This document shows positions 13,861 to 28,121 of a DNA stretch of 64,000 nucleotides, one piece after another. This stretch comes from Eledone cirrhosa (taxonomy: Eukaryota), in contig OZ024749.1 of the NCBI GenBank assembly GCA_964016885.1, forward strand, positions 20,646,001 through 20,710,000, given 5' to 3'. Under the pieces are notes generated by a model. It was not told where the DNA came from. It saw nothing but the letters and a program-made list of their open reading frames with translations, and ran no database searches. Within the stretch, counting starts at the first letter, position 1, and each line of letters starts with the position of its first letter. A program made the position numbers and the translations under genes.

Positions 13861-16800
13861 GGACTGTGACTGTTGGCACAGTACAGTGGACTACACCATA
13901 CTGTGGTACCTACTTACAGCTAGGTGGACTGTGACTGTTGGCACAGTACAGTGGACTATACCATACTGTGGTACCTACTTACAGCTAGGTGGACTGTGAC
14001 TGTTGGCACAGTACAGTGGACTATACCACACTGTGGTGCCTACTTCCAGCTAGGTGGACTGTGACTGTTGGCACAGCACAGTGGACTATACCACACTGTG
14101 GTCCCTACTTACAGCTAGGTGGACTGTGACTGTTGACACAGTACAGTGGACTATACCAGACTGTGGTGCCTACTTACAGCTAGGTGGACTGTGACTGTTG
14201 ACAGTACAGTGGACTATACCATACTGTGGTACCTACTTACAGCTAGGTGGACTGTGACTGTTGGCACAGTACAGTGGACTATACCATACTGTGGTACCTA
14301 CTTACAGCTAGGTGAACTGTGACTGTTGGCACAGTACAGTGGACTATACTATACTGTGGTACCTACTTACAGCTAGGTGGACTGTGACTGTTGGCACAGT
14401 ACAGTGGACTATACCATACTGTGGTACCTACTTACAGCTAGCTGGACTGTGACTGTTGACAGTACAGTGGACTATACCATACTGTGGTACCTACTTACAG
14501 CTAGGTGAACTGTGACTGTTGGCACAGTACAGTGGACTATACCATACTGTGGTACCTACTTACAGCTTGGTGGACTGTGACTGTTGGCACAGTACAGTGG
14601 ACTATACTATACTGTGGTACCTACTTACAGCTAGGTGGACTGTGACTGTTGGCACAGTACAGTAGAATATATCATACAGTGGTACCTACTTACAGCTAGG
14701 TGGACTGTGACAGTTGACAGTACAGTGGACTATACCATACTGTGGTACCTACTTACAGCTAGGTGGAATGCGACTGTTGGCACAGTACAGTGGACTATAC
14801 CATACTTTGGTACCTACTTACAGCTAGGTGGACTGCGACTGTTGGCACAGTACAGTGGACTATACCATACTGTGGTACCTACTTACAGCTAGGTGGACTG
14901 CGACTGTTGGAACAGTACAGTGGACTATACCAGACTGTGGTACCTACTTACAGCTAGGTGGACTGTAACTGTTGACACCGTACAGTGGACTATACCATAC
15001 TGTGGTACCTACTTACAGCTAGGTGGACTGTGAGTGTTGAGAGTACAGTGGACTATACCATACTGTGGTACCTACTTACAGCTAGGTGGACTGTGACTGT
15101 TGGCACAGTACAGTGGACTATACCATACTGTGGTACCTACTTACAGCTAGGTGGACTGTGACTGTTGGCACAGTACAGTGGACTATACCACACTGTGGTG
15201 CCTACTTCCAGCTAGGTGGACTGTGACTGTTGGCACAGCACAGTGGACTATACCACACTGTGGTCCCTACTTACAGCTAGGTGGACTGTGACTGTTGACA
15301 CAGTACAGTGGACTATACCAGACTGTGGTGCCTACTTACAGCTAGGTGGACTGTGACTGTTGACAGTACAGTGGACTGTGACTGTTGACAGTACAGTGGA
15401 CTATACCATACTGTGGTACCTACTTACAGCCAGGTGGACTGTGACTGTTGGCACAGTACAGTGGACTATACCATACTGTGGTACCTACTTACAGCTAGGT
15501 GAACTGTGACTGTTGGCACAGTACAGTGGACTATACCATACTGTGGTACCTACTTACAGCTAGGTGGACTGTGACTGTTGGCACAGTACAGTGGACTATA
15601 CCATACTGTGGTACCTACTTACAGCTAGGTGGACTCTGACTGTTGGCACAGTACAGTGGACTATACCATACTGTGGTACCTACTTACAGCTAGGTGGACT
15701 GAGCTGTTGACATAGTACAGTGGACTATACCATACTGTGGTACGTACTTACAGCTAGGTGGACTTAGCTGTTGGCACAGTACAGTGGACTATACCATACT
15801 GTGGTACCTACTGACAGCTAGGTGGACTGAGATGTTGACATAGTACAGTGGACTATACCATACTGTGGTACCTACTTACAGCTAGGTGGACTGTGACTGT
15901 TGACAGTACAGTGGACTATACCATACTGTGGTGCCTACTTACAGCTAGGTGGACTGTGACTGTTGACATAGTAGAGTGGACTATACCATACTGTGGTTCC
16001 TACTTACAGCTAGGTGGACTGTGACTGTTGACAGTACAGTGGACTATACCATACTGTGGTACCTACTTACAGCTAGGTGGACTGTGACTGTTGACAGTAC
16101 AGTGGACTATACCATACTGTGGTACCTACTTACAGCTAGGTGGACTGTGACTGTTGACAGTACAGTGGACTATACCATACTGTGGTACCTACTTACAGCT
16201 AGGTGGACTGTGACTGTTGACAGTACAGTGGACTATACCATACTGTGGTACCTACTTACAGCTAGGTGGACTGTGACTGTTGACGTAGTACAGTGGACTA
16301 TACCATACTGTGGTGCCTACTTACAGCTAGGTGGACTGTGACTCTTGACAGTACAGTGGACTATACCATACTGTGGTGCCTACTTACAGCTAGGTGGACT
16401 ATGACTATTGACATAGTACAGTGGACTATACGATATTGTGGTACCTACTTACAGCTAGGTGGAGTGTGACTGTTGACAGTACAGTGGACTATACCAGACT
16501 GTGGTACCTACTTACAGCTAGGTGGACTGTGACTGTTGGCACAGTACAGTGGACTATACCATACTGTGGTGCCTACTTACAGCTAGGTGGACTGTGACTG
16601 TTGACAGTACAGTGGACTATACCATACTGTGGTACCTACTTACAGGTAGGTGGACTGTGACTGTTGACATAGTACAGTGGACTATACCATACTGTGGTAC
16701 CTATTTACAGCTAGGTGGACTGTGGTGCCTACTTACAGCTAGGTGGACTATGACTGTTGACATAGTACAGTGGACTATACGATACTGTGGTACCTACTTA

Positions 16801-19800
16801 CAGCTAGGTGGACTGACACTGTTGACATAGTACAGTGGACTATACCAACTGTGGTACCTACTTACAGCTAGGTAGACTGAGCTGTTGACATAGTACAGTG
16901 GACTAAACCATACTGTGGTACCTACTTACATCTAGGTGGACTGTGACTGTTGACAGTACAGTGGACTATACCATACTGTGGTACCTACTTACAGCTAGGT
17001 GGACTGTGACTCTTGACACAGTACAGTGGACTATACCATACTGTGGTGGTGCCTACTTACATCTAGGTGGACTGTGACTGTTGGCACAGTACAGTGAACT
17101 ATACCATACTGTGGTATCTACTTACAGCTAGGTGGACTGTGACTGTTGGCACAGTACAGTGGACTACACCATACTGTGGTACCTACTTACAGCTAGGTGG
17201 ACTGTGACTGTTGGCACAGTACAGTGGACTATACCATACTGTGGTACCTACTTACAGCTAGGTGGACTGTGACTGTTGGCACAGTACAGTGGACTATACC
17301 ACACTGTGGTGCCTACTTCCAGCTAGGTGGACTGTGACTGTTGGCACAGCACAGTGGACTATACCACACTGTGGTCCCTACTTACAGCTAGGTGGACTGT
17401 GACTGTTGACACAGTACAGTGGACTATACCAGACTGTGGTGCCTACTTACAGCTAGGTGGACTGTGACTGTTGACAGTACAGTGGACTATACCATACTGT
17501 GGTACCTACTTACAGCTAGGTGGACTGTGACTGTTGGCACAGTACAGTGGACTATACCATACTGTGGTACCTACTTACAGCTAGGTGAACTGTGACTGTT
17601 GGCACAGTACAGTGGACTATACCATACTGTGGTACCTACTTACAGCTAGGTGGACTGTGACTGTTGGCACAGTACAGTGGACTATACCATACTGTGGTAC
17701 CTACTTACAGCTAGGTGAACTGTGACTGTTGGCACAGTACAGTGGACTATACCATACTGTGGTACCTACTTACAGCTAGGTGGACTGTGACTGTTGGCAC
17801 AGTACAGTGGACTATACCATACTGTGGTACCTACTTACAGCTAGGTGGACTGTGACTGTTGGCACAGTACAGTAGAATATATCATACAGTGGTACCTACT
17901 TACAGCTAGGTGGACTGTGACAGTTGACAGTACAGTGGACTATACCATACTGTGGTACCTACTTACAGCTAGGTGGAATGCGACTGTTGGCACAGTACAG
18001 TGGACTATACCATACTGTGGTACCTACTTACAGCTAGGTGGACTGTGACTGTTGACAGTACAGTGGACTATACCATACTGTGGTACCTACTTACAGCTAG
18101 GTGGACTGAGCTGTTGACATAGTACATAGACTATACCATACTGTGGTACCTACTTACAGCTAGGTGGACTGTGACTGTTGACAGTACAGTGGACTATAAC
18201 ATACTGTGGTACCTACTGACAGCTAGGTGGACTGAGATGTTGACATAGTACAGTGGACTATACCATACTGTGGTACCTACTTACAGCTAGGTGGACTGTG
18301 ACTGTTGACAGTACAGTGGACTATACCATACTGTGGTGCCTACTTACAGCTAGGTGGACTGTGACTGTTGACATAGTAGAGTGGACTATACCATACTGTG
18401 GTTCCTACTTACAGCTAGGTGGGCTGTGACTGTTGACAGTACAGTGGACTATACCATACTGTGGTACCTACTTACAGCTAGGTGGACTGTGACTGTTGAC
18501 AGTACAGTGGACTATACCATACTGTGGTACCTACTTACAGTTAGGTGGACTGTGACTGTTGACAGTACAGTGGACTATACCATACTGTGGTACCTACTTA
18601 CAGCTAGGTGGACTGTGACTGTTGACAGTACAGTGGACTATACCATACTGTGGTACCTACTTACAGCTAGGTGGACTGTGACTGTTGACGTAGTACAGTG
18701 GACTATACCATACTGTGGTACCTACTTACAGCTAGGTGGACTGTGACTCTTGACAGTACAGTGGACTATACCATACTGTGGTGCCTACTTACAGCTAGGT
18801 GGACTATGACTGTTGACATAGTACAGTGGACTATACGATATTGTGGTACCTACTTACAGCTAGGTGGAGTGTGACTGTTGACAGTATAGTGGACTATACC
18901 AGACTGTGGTACCTACTTACAGCTAGGTGGACTGTGACTGTTGGCACAGTACAGTGGACTATACCATACTGTGGTGCCTACTTACAGCTAGGTGGACTGT
19001 GACTGTTGACAGTACAGTGGACTATACCATACTGTGGTACCTACTTACAGGTAGGTGGACTGTGACTGTTGACATAGTACAGTGGACTATACCATACTGT
19101 GGTACCTATTTACAGCTAGGTGGACTGTGGTGCCTACTTACAGCTAGGTGGACTATGACTGTTGACATAGTACAGTGGACTATACGATACTGTGGTACCT
19201 ACTTACAGCTAGGTGGACTAACACTGTTGACATAGTACAGTGGACTATACCAACTGTGGTACCTACTTACAGCTAGGTAGACTGAGCTGTTGACATAGTA
19301 CAGTGGACTAAACCATACTGTGGTACCTACTTACATCTAGGTGGACTGTGACTGTTGACAGTACAGTGGACTATACCATACTGTGGTACCTACTTACAGC
19401 TAGGTGGACTGTGACTGTTGACACAGTACAGTGGACTATACCATACTGTGGTGGTGCCTACTTACATCTAGGTGGACTGTGACTGTTGGCACAGTACAGT
19501 GGACTATACCATACTGTGGTATCTACTTACAGCTAGGTGGACTGTGACTGTTGGCACAGTACAGTGGACTATACCATACTGTGGTACCTACTTACAGCTA
19601 GGTGAACTGTGACTGTTGGCACAGTACAGTGGACTATACCATACTGTGGTACCTACTTACAGCTAGGTGGACTGTGACTGTTGGCACAGTACAGTGGACT
19701 ATACCATACTGTGGTACCTACTTACAGCTAGGTGGACTGTGACTGTTGGCACAGTACAGTAGAATATATCATACAGTGGTACCTACTTACAGCTAGGTGG

Positions 19801-22250
19801 ACTGTGACAGTTGACAGTACAGTGGACTATACCATACTGTGGTACCTACTTACAGCTAGGTGGAATGCGACTGTTGGCACAGTACAGTGGACTATACCAT
19901 ACTTTGATACCTACTTACAGCTAGGTGGACTGCGACTGTTGGCACAGTACAGTGGACTATACCATACTGTGGTACCTACTTACAGCTAGGTGGACTGCGA
20001 CTGTTGGAACAGTACAGTGGACTATACCAGACTGTGGTACCTACTTACAGCTAGGTGGACTGTAACTGTTGACACCGTACAGTGGACTATACCATACTGT
20101 GGTACCTACTTACAGCTAGGTGGACTGTGAGTGTTGAGAGTACAGTGGACTATACCATACTGTGGTACCTACTTACAGCTAGGTGGACTGTGACTGTTGG
20201 CACAGTACAGTGGACTATACCATACTGTGGTACCTACTTACAGCTAGGTGGACTGTGACTGTTGGCAGAGTACAGTGGACTATAGCACACTGTGGTGCCT
20301 ACTTCCAGCTAGGTGGACTGTGACTATTGGCACAGCACAGTGGACTATACCACACTGTGGTCCCTACTTACAGCTAGGTGGACTGTGACTGTTGACACAG
20401 TACAGTGGACTATACCAGACTGTGGTGCCTACTTACAGCTAGGTGGACTGTGACTGTTGACAGTACAGTGGACTGTGACTGTTGACAGTACAGTGGACTG
20501 TGACTGTTGACAGTACAGTGGACTATACCATACTGTGGTACCTACTTACAGCCAGGTGGACTGTGACTGTTGGCACAGTACAGTGGACTATACCATACTG
20601 TGGTACCTACTTACAGCTAGGTGAACTGTGACTGTTGGCACAGTACAGTGGACTATACCATACTGTGGTACCTACTTACAGCTAGGTGGACTGTGACTGT
20701 TGGCACAGTACAGTGGACTATACCATACTGTGGTACCTACTTACAGCTAGGTGGACTCTGACTGTTGGCACAGTACAGTGGACTATACCATACTGTGGTA
20801 CCTACTTACAGCTAGGTGGACTGAGCTGTTGACATAGTACAGTGGACTATACCATACTGTGGTACCTACTTACAGCTAGGTGGACTATACCATACTGTGG
20901 TACCTACTTACAGCTAGGTGGACTGTGACTGTTGACAGTACAGTGGACTATACCATACTGTGGTACCTACTTACAGCTAGGTGGACTGTGATTGTTGACA
21001 GTACAGTGGACTATACCATACTGTGGTACCTACTTACAGCTAGGTGGACTGTGACTGTTGACAGTACAGTGGACTATACGATACTGTGGTACCTACTTAC
21101 AGCTAGGTGGACTGTGACTGTTGACGTAGTACAGTGGACTATACCATACTGTGGTGCCTACTTACAGCTAGGTGGACTGTGACTCTTGACAGTACAGTGG
21201 ACTATACCATACTGTGGTGCCTACTTACAGCTAGGTGGACTATGACTGTTGACATAGTACAGTGGACTATACGATATTGTGGTACCTACTTACAGCTAGG
21301 TGGAGTGTGACTGTTGACAGTACAGTGGACTATACCAGACTGTGGTACCTACTGACAGCTAGGTGGACTGTGACTGTTGACATAGTAGAGTGGACTATAC
21401 CATACTGTGGTACCTATTTACAGCTAGGTGGACTGTGGTCCTTACTTACAGCTAGGTGGACTACGACTGTTGACATAGTACAGTGGACTATACGATACTG
21501 TGGTACCTACTTACAGCTAGGTGGACTGACACTGTTGACATAGTACAGTGGACTATACCAAGTGTGGTACCTACTTACAGCTAGGTAGACTGAGCTGTTG
21601 ACATAGTACAGTGGACTAAACCATACTGTGGTACCTACTTACATCTAGGTGGACTGTGACTGTTGACAGTACAGTGGACTATACCATACTGTGGTACCTA
21701 CTTACAGCTAGGTGGACTGTGACTATTGACACAGTACAGTGGACTATACCATACTGTGGTGGTGCCTACTTACATCTAGGTGGACTGTGACTGTTGGCAC
21801 AGTACAGTGGACTATACCATACTGTGGTATCTACTTACAGCTAGGTGGACTGTGACTGTTGGCACAGTACAGTGGACTACACCATACTGTGGTACCTACT
21901 TACAGCTAGGTGGACTGTGACTGTTGGCACAGTACAGTGGACTATACCATACTGTGGTACCTACTTACAGCTAGGTGGACTGTGACTGTTGGCACAGTAC
22001 AGTGGACTATACCACACTGTGGTGCCTACTTCCAGCTAGGTGGACTGTGACTGTTGGCACAGCACAGTGGACTATACCACACTGTGGTCCCTACTTACAG
22101 CTAGGTGGACTGTGACTGTTGACACAGTACAGTGGACTATACCAGACTGTGGTGCCTACTTACAGCTAGGTGGACTGTGACTGTTGACAGTACAGTGGAC
22201 TATACCATACTGTGGTACCTACTTACAGCTAGGTGGACTGTGACTGTTGG
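11150..22250. repeat. Further rearranged copies of the same block family (offsets about 3.2-3.3 kb and 2.4 kb)
   Basis: ORF pairs 11425/14635 (+3210), 12703/15976 and 13249/16522 (+3273), 15976/18381 and 16522/18927 (+2405); related blocks at 19732 and 21262. Confidence 0.8.
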
Positions 22251-23061
22251 CACAGTACAGTGGACTATACCATACTGTGGTACCTACTTACAGCTAGGTG
22301 GACTGTGACTGTTGGCACAGTAGAGTGGACTATACCATACTGTGGTACCTACTTACAGCTAGGTGGACTGAGCTGTTGACATAGTACAGTGGACTATACC
22401 ATACTGTGGTACCTACTTACAGCTAGGTGGACTGAGCTGTTGGCACAGTACAGTGGACTATACCATACTGTGGTACCTACTTACAGCTAGGTGGACTGAG
22501 CTGTTGACATAATACAGTGGACTATACCATACTGTGGTACCTACTTACAGCTAGGTGGACTGTGACTGTTGACAGTACAGTGGACTATACCATACTGTGG
22601 TACCTACTTACAGCTAGGTGGACTGAGCTGTTGACATAGTACAGTGGACTATACCATACTGTGGTACCTACTTACAGCTAGGTGGACTGTGACTGTTGAC
22701 AGTACAGTGGACTATACCATACTGTGGTGCCTACTTACAGCTAGGTGGACTGTGACTGTTGACATAGTAGAGTGGACTATACCATACTGTGGTTCCTACT
22801 TACAGCTAGGTGGACTGTGACTGTTGACAGTACAGTGGACTATACCATACTGTGGTACCTACTTACAGCTAGGTGGACTGTGACTGTTGACAGTACAGTG
22901 GACTATACCATACTGTGGTACCTACTTACAGCTAGGTGGACTGTGACTGTTGACAGTACAGTGGACTATACCATACTGTGGTACCTACTTACAGCTAGAT
23001 GGACTGTGACTGTTGACAGTACAGTGGACTATACCATACTGTGGTACCTACTTACAGCTAG

Positions 23062-23447
23062 GTGGACTGTGACTGTTGACATAGTACAGTGGACTATACC
23101 ATACTGTGGTGCCTACTTACAGCTAGGTGGACCGTGACTGTTGACAGTACAGTGGACTATACCATACTGTGGTGCCTACTTACAGCTAGGTGGACTATGA
23201 CTGTTGACATAGTACAGTGGACTATACCATACTGTGGTACCTACTTACAGCTAGGTGGACTGTGACTGTTGACATAGTACAGTGGACTATACCATACTGT
23301 GGTGCCTACTTACAGCTAGGTGGACCGTGACTGTTGACAGTACAGTGGACTATACCATACTGTGGTGCCTACTTACAGCTAGGTGGACTATGACTGTTGA
23401 CATAGTACAGTGGACTATACGATACTGTGGTACCTACTTACAGCTAG
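23062..23447. repeat. 193 bp (3-monomer) tandem duplication, also present in the paralogous block near 36.17-36.56 kb
   Basis: GGACCGTGA and GGACTATGA markers recur at +193 (about 23129/23322 and 23192/23385); the same doubling is seen near 36241/36434. Confidence 0.85.
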
Positions 23448-26400
23448 GTGGACTGTGACTGTTGACAGTACAGTGGACTATACCAGACTGTGGTACCTAC
23501 TTACAGCTAGGTGGACTGTGACTGTTGACATAGTACAGTGGACTATACCAACTGTGGTACCTACTTACAGCTAGGTGGACTGTGACTGTTGGCACAGTAC
23601 AGTGGACTATACCATACTGTGGTGCCTACTTACAGCTAGGTGGACTGTGACTGTTGACAGTACAGTGTACTATACCATACTGTGGTACCTACTTACAGGT
23701 AGGTGGACTGTGACTGTTGACATAGTACAGTGGACTATACCATACTGTGGTACCTACTTACAGCTAGGTGGACTGTGACTGTTGACAGTACAGTGGACTA
23801 TACCATACTGTGGTACCTATTTACAGCTAGGTGGACTGTGACTGTTGACATAGTACAGTGGACTATACCATACTGTGGTAACTACTTACCTATTTACAGC
23901 TAGGTGGACTGAGCTGTTGACATAGTACAGTGGACTATACCATACTGTGGTACCTACTTACAGCTAGGTGGACTGTGACTGTTGACAGTACAGTGGACTA
24001 TACCATACTGTGGTACCTACTTACAGCTAGGTGGACTGTGACTGTTGACATATTACAGTGGACTATACCATACTGTGGTACCTACTTACAGCTAGGTGCA
24101 CTGTGACTGTTGACATATTACAGTGGACTATACCATACTGTGGTACCTACTTACAGCTAGGTGGAATGTGACTGTTGACATAGTACAGTGGACTATACCA
24201 TACTGTGGTACCTACTTACAGCTAGGTGGACTGTGACTGTTGACATAGTACAGTGGACTATACCATACTGTGGTACCTACTTATAGCTAGGTGGACTGTG
24301 ACTGTTGACAGTAGAGTGGACTATACCATACTGTGGTATCTACTTACAGCTAGGTGGACTGTGACTGTTGACATAGTACAGTGGACTATACCATACTGTG
24401 GTACCTACTTACAGCTAGGTGGACTGAGCTGTTGACATAGTACAGTGGACTATACCATACTGTGGTACCTACTTACCGCTAGGTGGACTGTGACTGTTGA
24501 CAGTACAGTGGTCTATAGCATACTGTGGTACCTACTTACAGCTAGGTGGACTGTGACTGTTGACATAGTACAGTGGACTATACCATACTGTGGTACCTAC
24601 TTACAGCTAGGTGGACTGTGACTGTTGACATAGTACATTGGACTATACCAACTGTGGTACCTACTTACAACTAGGTAGACTGAGCTGTTGACATAATACA
24701 GTGGACTATACCATACTGTGGTACCTACTTACAGCTAGGTGGACTGTGACTGTTGACAGTACAGTGGACTATACCATACTGTGGTACCTACTTACAGCTA
24801 GGTGGACTGTGACTGTTGACACAGTACAGTGGACTATACCATACTGTGGTGGTGCCTACTTACAGCTAGGTGGACCGTGACTGTTGGCACAGTACAGTGG
24901 ACTATACCATACTGTGGTGCCTACTTACAGCTAGGTGGACTGTGACTGTTGACAGTACAGTAGACTATACCATACTGTGGTACCTACTTACAGCTAGGTG
25001 GACTGTGACTGTTGGCACAGTACAGTGGACTATACGATACTGTGGTACCTACTTACAGCTAGGTGGACTGTGACTGTTGACAGTACAGTGGACTATACCA
25101 TACTGTGGTATCTACTTACAGCTAGGTGGACAGTGACTGTTGACATAGTACAGTGGACTATACCATACTGTGGTACCTACTTACAGCTAGGTGGACTGTG
25201 ACTGTTGACAGTACAGTGGATTATACCATACTGTGGTACCTACTTACAGCTAGGTGGACTGAGCTGTTGACATAGTACAGTGGACTATACCAACTGTGGT
25301 ACCTACTTACATCTAGGTGGACTGTGACTGTTGACAGTACAGTGGACTATACCATACTGTGGTACCTACTTACAGCTAGGTGGACTGAGCTGTTGACATA
25401 GTACAGTGGACTATACCAACTGTGGTACCTACTTACAGCTAGGTGGACTGTGACTGTTCGCAGTACAGTGGACTATACCATACTGTGGTACCTACTTACA
25501 GCTAGGTGGACTGAGCTGTTGACATAGTACAGTGGACTATACCATACTGTGGTACCTACTTACAGCTAGGTGGACTGTGACTGTTGACATAGTACAGTGG
25601 ACTATACCATACTGTGGCATCTACTTACAGCTAGGTGGACTATACCACAATGTGGTCACTACTTACAGCTAGGTGGACTGTGACTGTTGACACAGTACAG
25701 TGGACAATACCATACTGTGGTACCAACTTACAGCTAGGTGGACTGTGACTGTTGACATGGTACAGTGGACTATACCATACTGTGGTACCTACTTACAGCT
25801 AGGTGGACTATACCAGACTGTGGTACCTACTTACAGCTAGGTGGACTGTGACTGTTGACATAGTACAGTGGACTATACCAGACTGTGGTACCTACTTACA
25901 GCTAGGTGGACTGTGACTGTTGGCACAGTACAGTGGACTGTACCAGACTGTGGTACCTACTTACAGCTAGGTGGACTGTGACTGTTGACAGTACAGTGGA
26001 CTATACCATACTGTGGTACCTACTTACAGCTAGGGGGACTGTGACTGTTGACAGTACAGTGGACTATACCATACTGTGGTACCTACTTACAGCTTGGTGG
26101 AATATACCACACTGTGGTACCTACTTACAGCTAGGTGGACTGTGACTGTTGAAAGTACAGTGGACTATACCAGACTGTGGTACCTACTTACACCTAGGTG
26201 GACTATACCACACTGTGCTACCTACTTACAGCTAGGTGGACTGTGACTGTTGACAGTATAATGGACTATACCATACTGTGGTACCTACTTACAGCTAGGT
26301 GGACTGTGACTGTTGACAGTACAGTGGACTATAACATACTGTGGTACCTACTTACAGCTAAGTGGACTGTGACTGTTGGCACAGTACAGTGGACTATACC

Positions 26401-28121
26401 ATACTGTGGTACCTACTTACAGCTAGCTGGACTGTGACTGTTGACAGTACAGTGGACTATACTATACTGTGTTACCTACTTACAGCTAGCTGGACTGTGA
26501 CTGTTGACAGTACAGTGGACTATACCAGACTGTGGTACCTACTTACAGCTAGGTGGACTGTGACTGTTGGCAGTACAGTGGACTATACCATACTGTGGTA
26601 CCTACTTACAGCTAGGTGGACTGTGACTGTTGGCACAGTACAGTGGACTTTACCAGACTGTGGTACCTACTTACAGCTAGGTGGACTGTGACTGTTGACA
26701 GTACAGTGGACTATACCATACTGTGGTACCTACTTACAGTGAGCTGGACTGTGACTGTTGACAGTACAGTGGACTATACCAGACTGTGGTACGTACTTAC
26801 AGCTAGGTGGACTGTGACTGTTGGCACAGTACGGTGGACTATACCAACTGTGGTACCTACTTACAGCTAGGTGGACAGTGACTGTTGACATAGTACAGAT
26901 GACTATACCATACTGTGGTACCTACTTACAGCTAGGTGGACTGTGACTGTTGACAGTACAGTGGACTATACCATACTGTGGTACCTACTTACATCTAGGT
27001 GGACTGAGCTGTTGACATAGTACAGTGGATTATACCAACTGTGGTACCTACTTACAGCTAGGTGGTCTGTGACTGTTGACAGTACAGCGGACTATACCAT
27101 ACTGTGGTACCTACTTACAGCTAGGTGGACTGAGCTGTTGACATAGTACAGTGGACTATACCATACTGTGGTATCTACTTACAGCTAGGTGGACTATACC
27201 ACACTGTGGTACCTACTTACAGCTAGGTGGACAGTGACTTCTTGACATAGTACAGATGACTATACCATACTGTGGTACCTACTTACAGCTAGGTGGACTG
27301 TGACTGTTGACAGTACAGTGGACTATACCATACTGTGGTACCTACTTACATCTAAGTGGACTGAGCTGTTGCCATAGTACAGTGGATTATACCAACTGTG
27401 GTACCTACTTACAGCTAGGTGGACTGTGACTGTTGACAGTACAGTGGACTATACCATACTGTGGTACCTACTTACAGCTAGGTGGACTGAGCTGTTGACA
27501 TAGTACAGTGGATTATACCAACTGTGGTACCTACTTACAGCTAGGTGGACTGTGACTGTTGACATAGTACAGTGGACTATACCATACTGTGGTACCTACT
27601 TACAGCTAGGTGGACTGTGACTGTTGGCACAGTACAGTGGACTATACCATACTGTGGTACCTACTTACAGCTAGGTGGACTGTGACTGTTGGCACAGTAC
27701 AGTGGACTATACCATACTGTGGTACCTACTTACAGCTAGGTGGACTGAGCTGTTGACATAGTACAGTGGACTATACCATACTGTGGTACCTACTTACAGC
27801 TAGGTGGACTGAGCTGTTGGCACAGTACAGTGGACTATACCATACTGTGGTACCTACTTACAGCTAGGTGGACTGAGCTGTTGACATAATACAGTGGACT
27901 ATACCATACTGTGGTACCTACTTACAGCTAGGTGGACTGTGACTGTTGACAGTACAGTGGACTATACCATACTGTGGTACCTACTTACAGCTAGGTGGAC
28001 TGAGCTGTTGACATAGTACAGTGGACTGTACCATACTGTGGTACCTACTTACAGCTAGGTGGACTGTGACTGTTGACAGTACAGTGGACTATACCATACT
28101 GTGGTACCTACTGACATCTAG

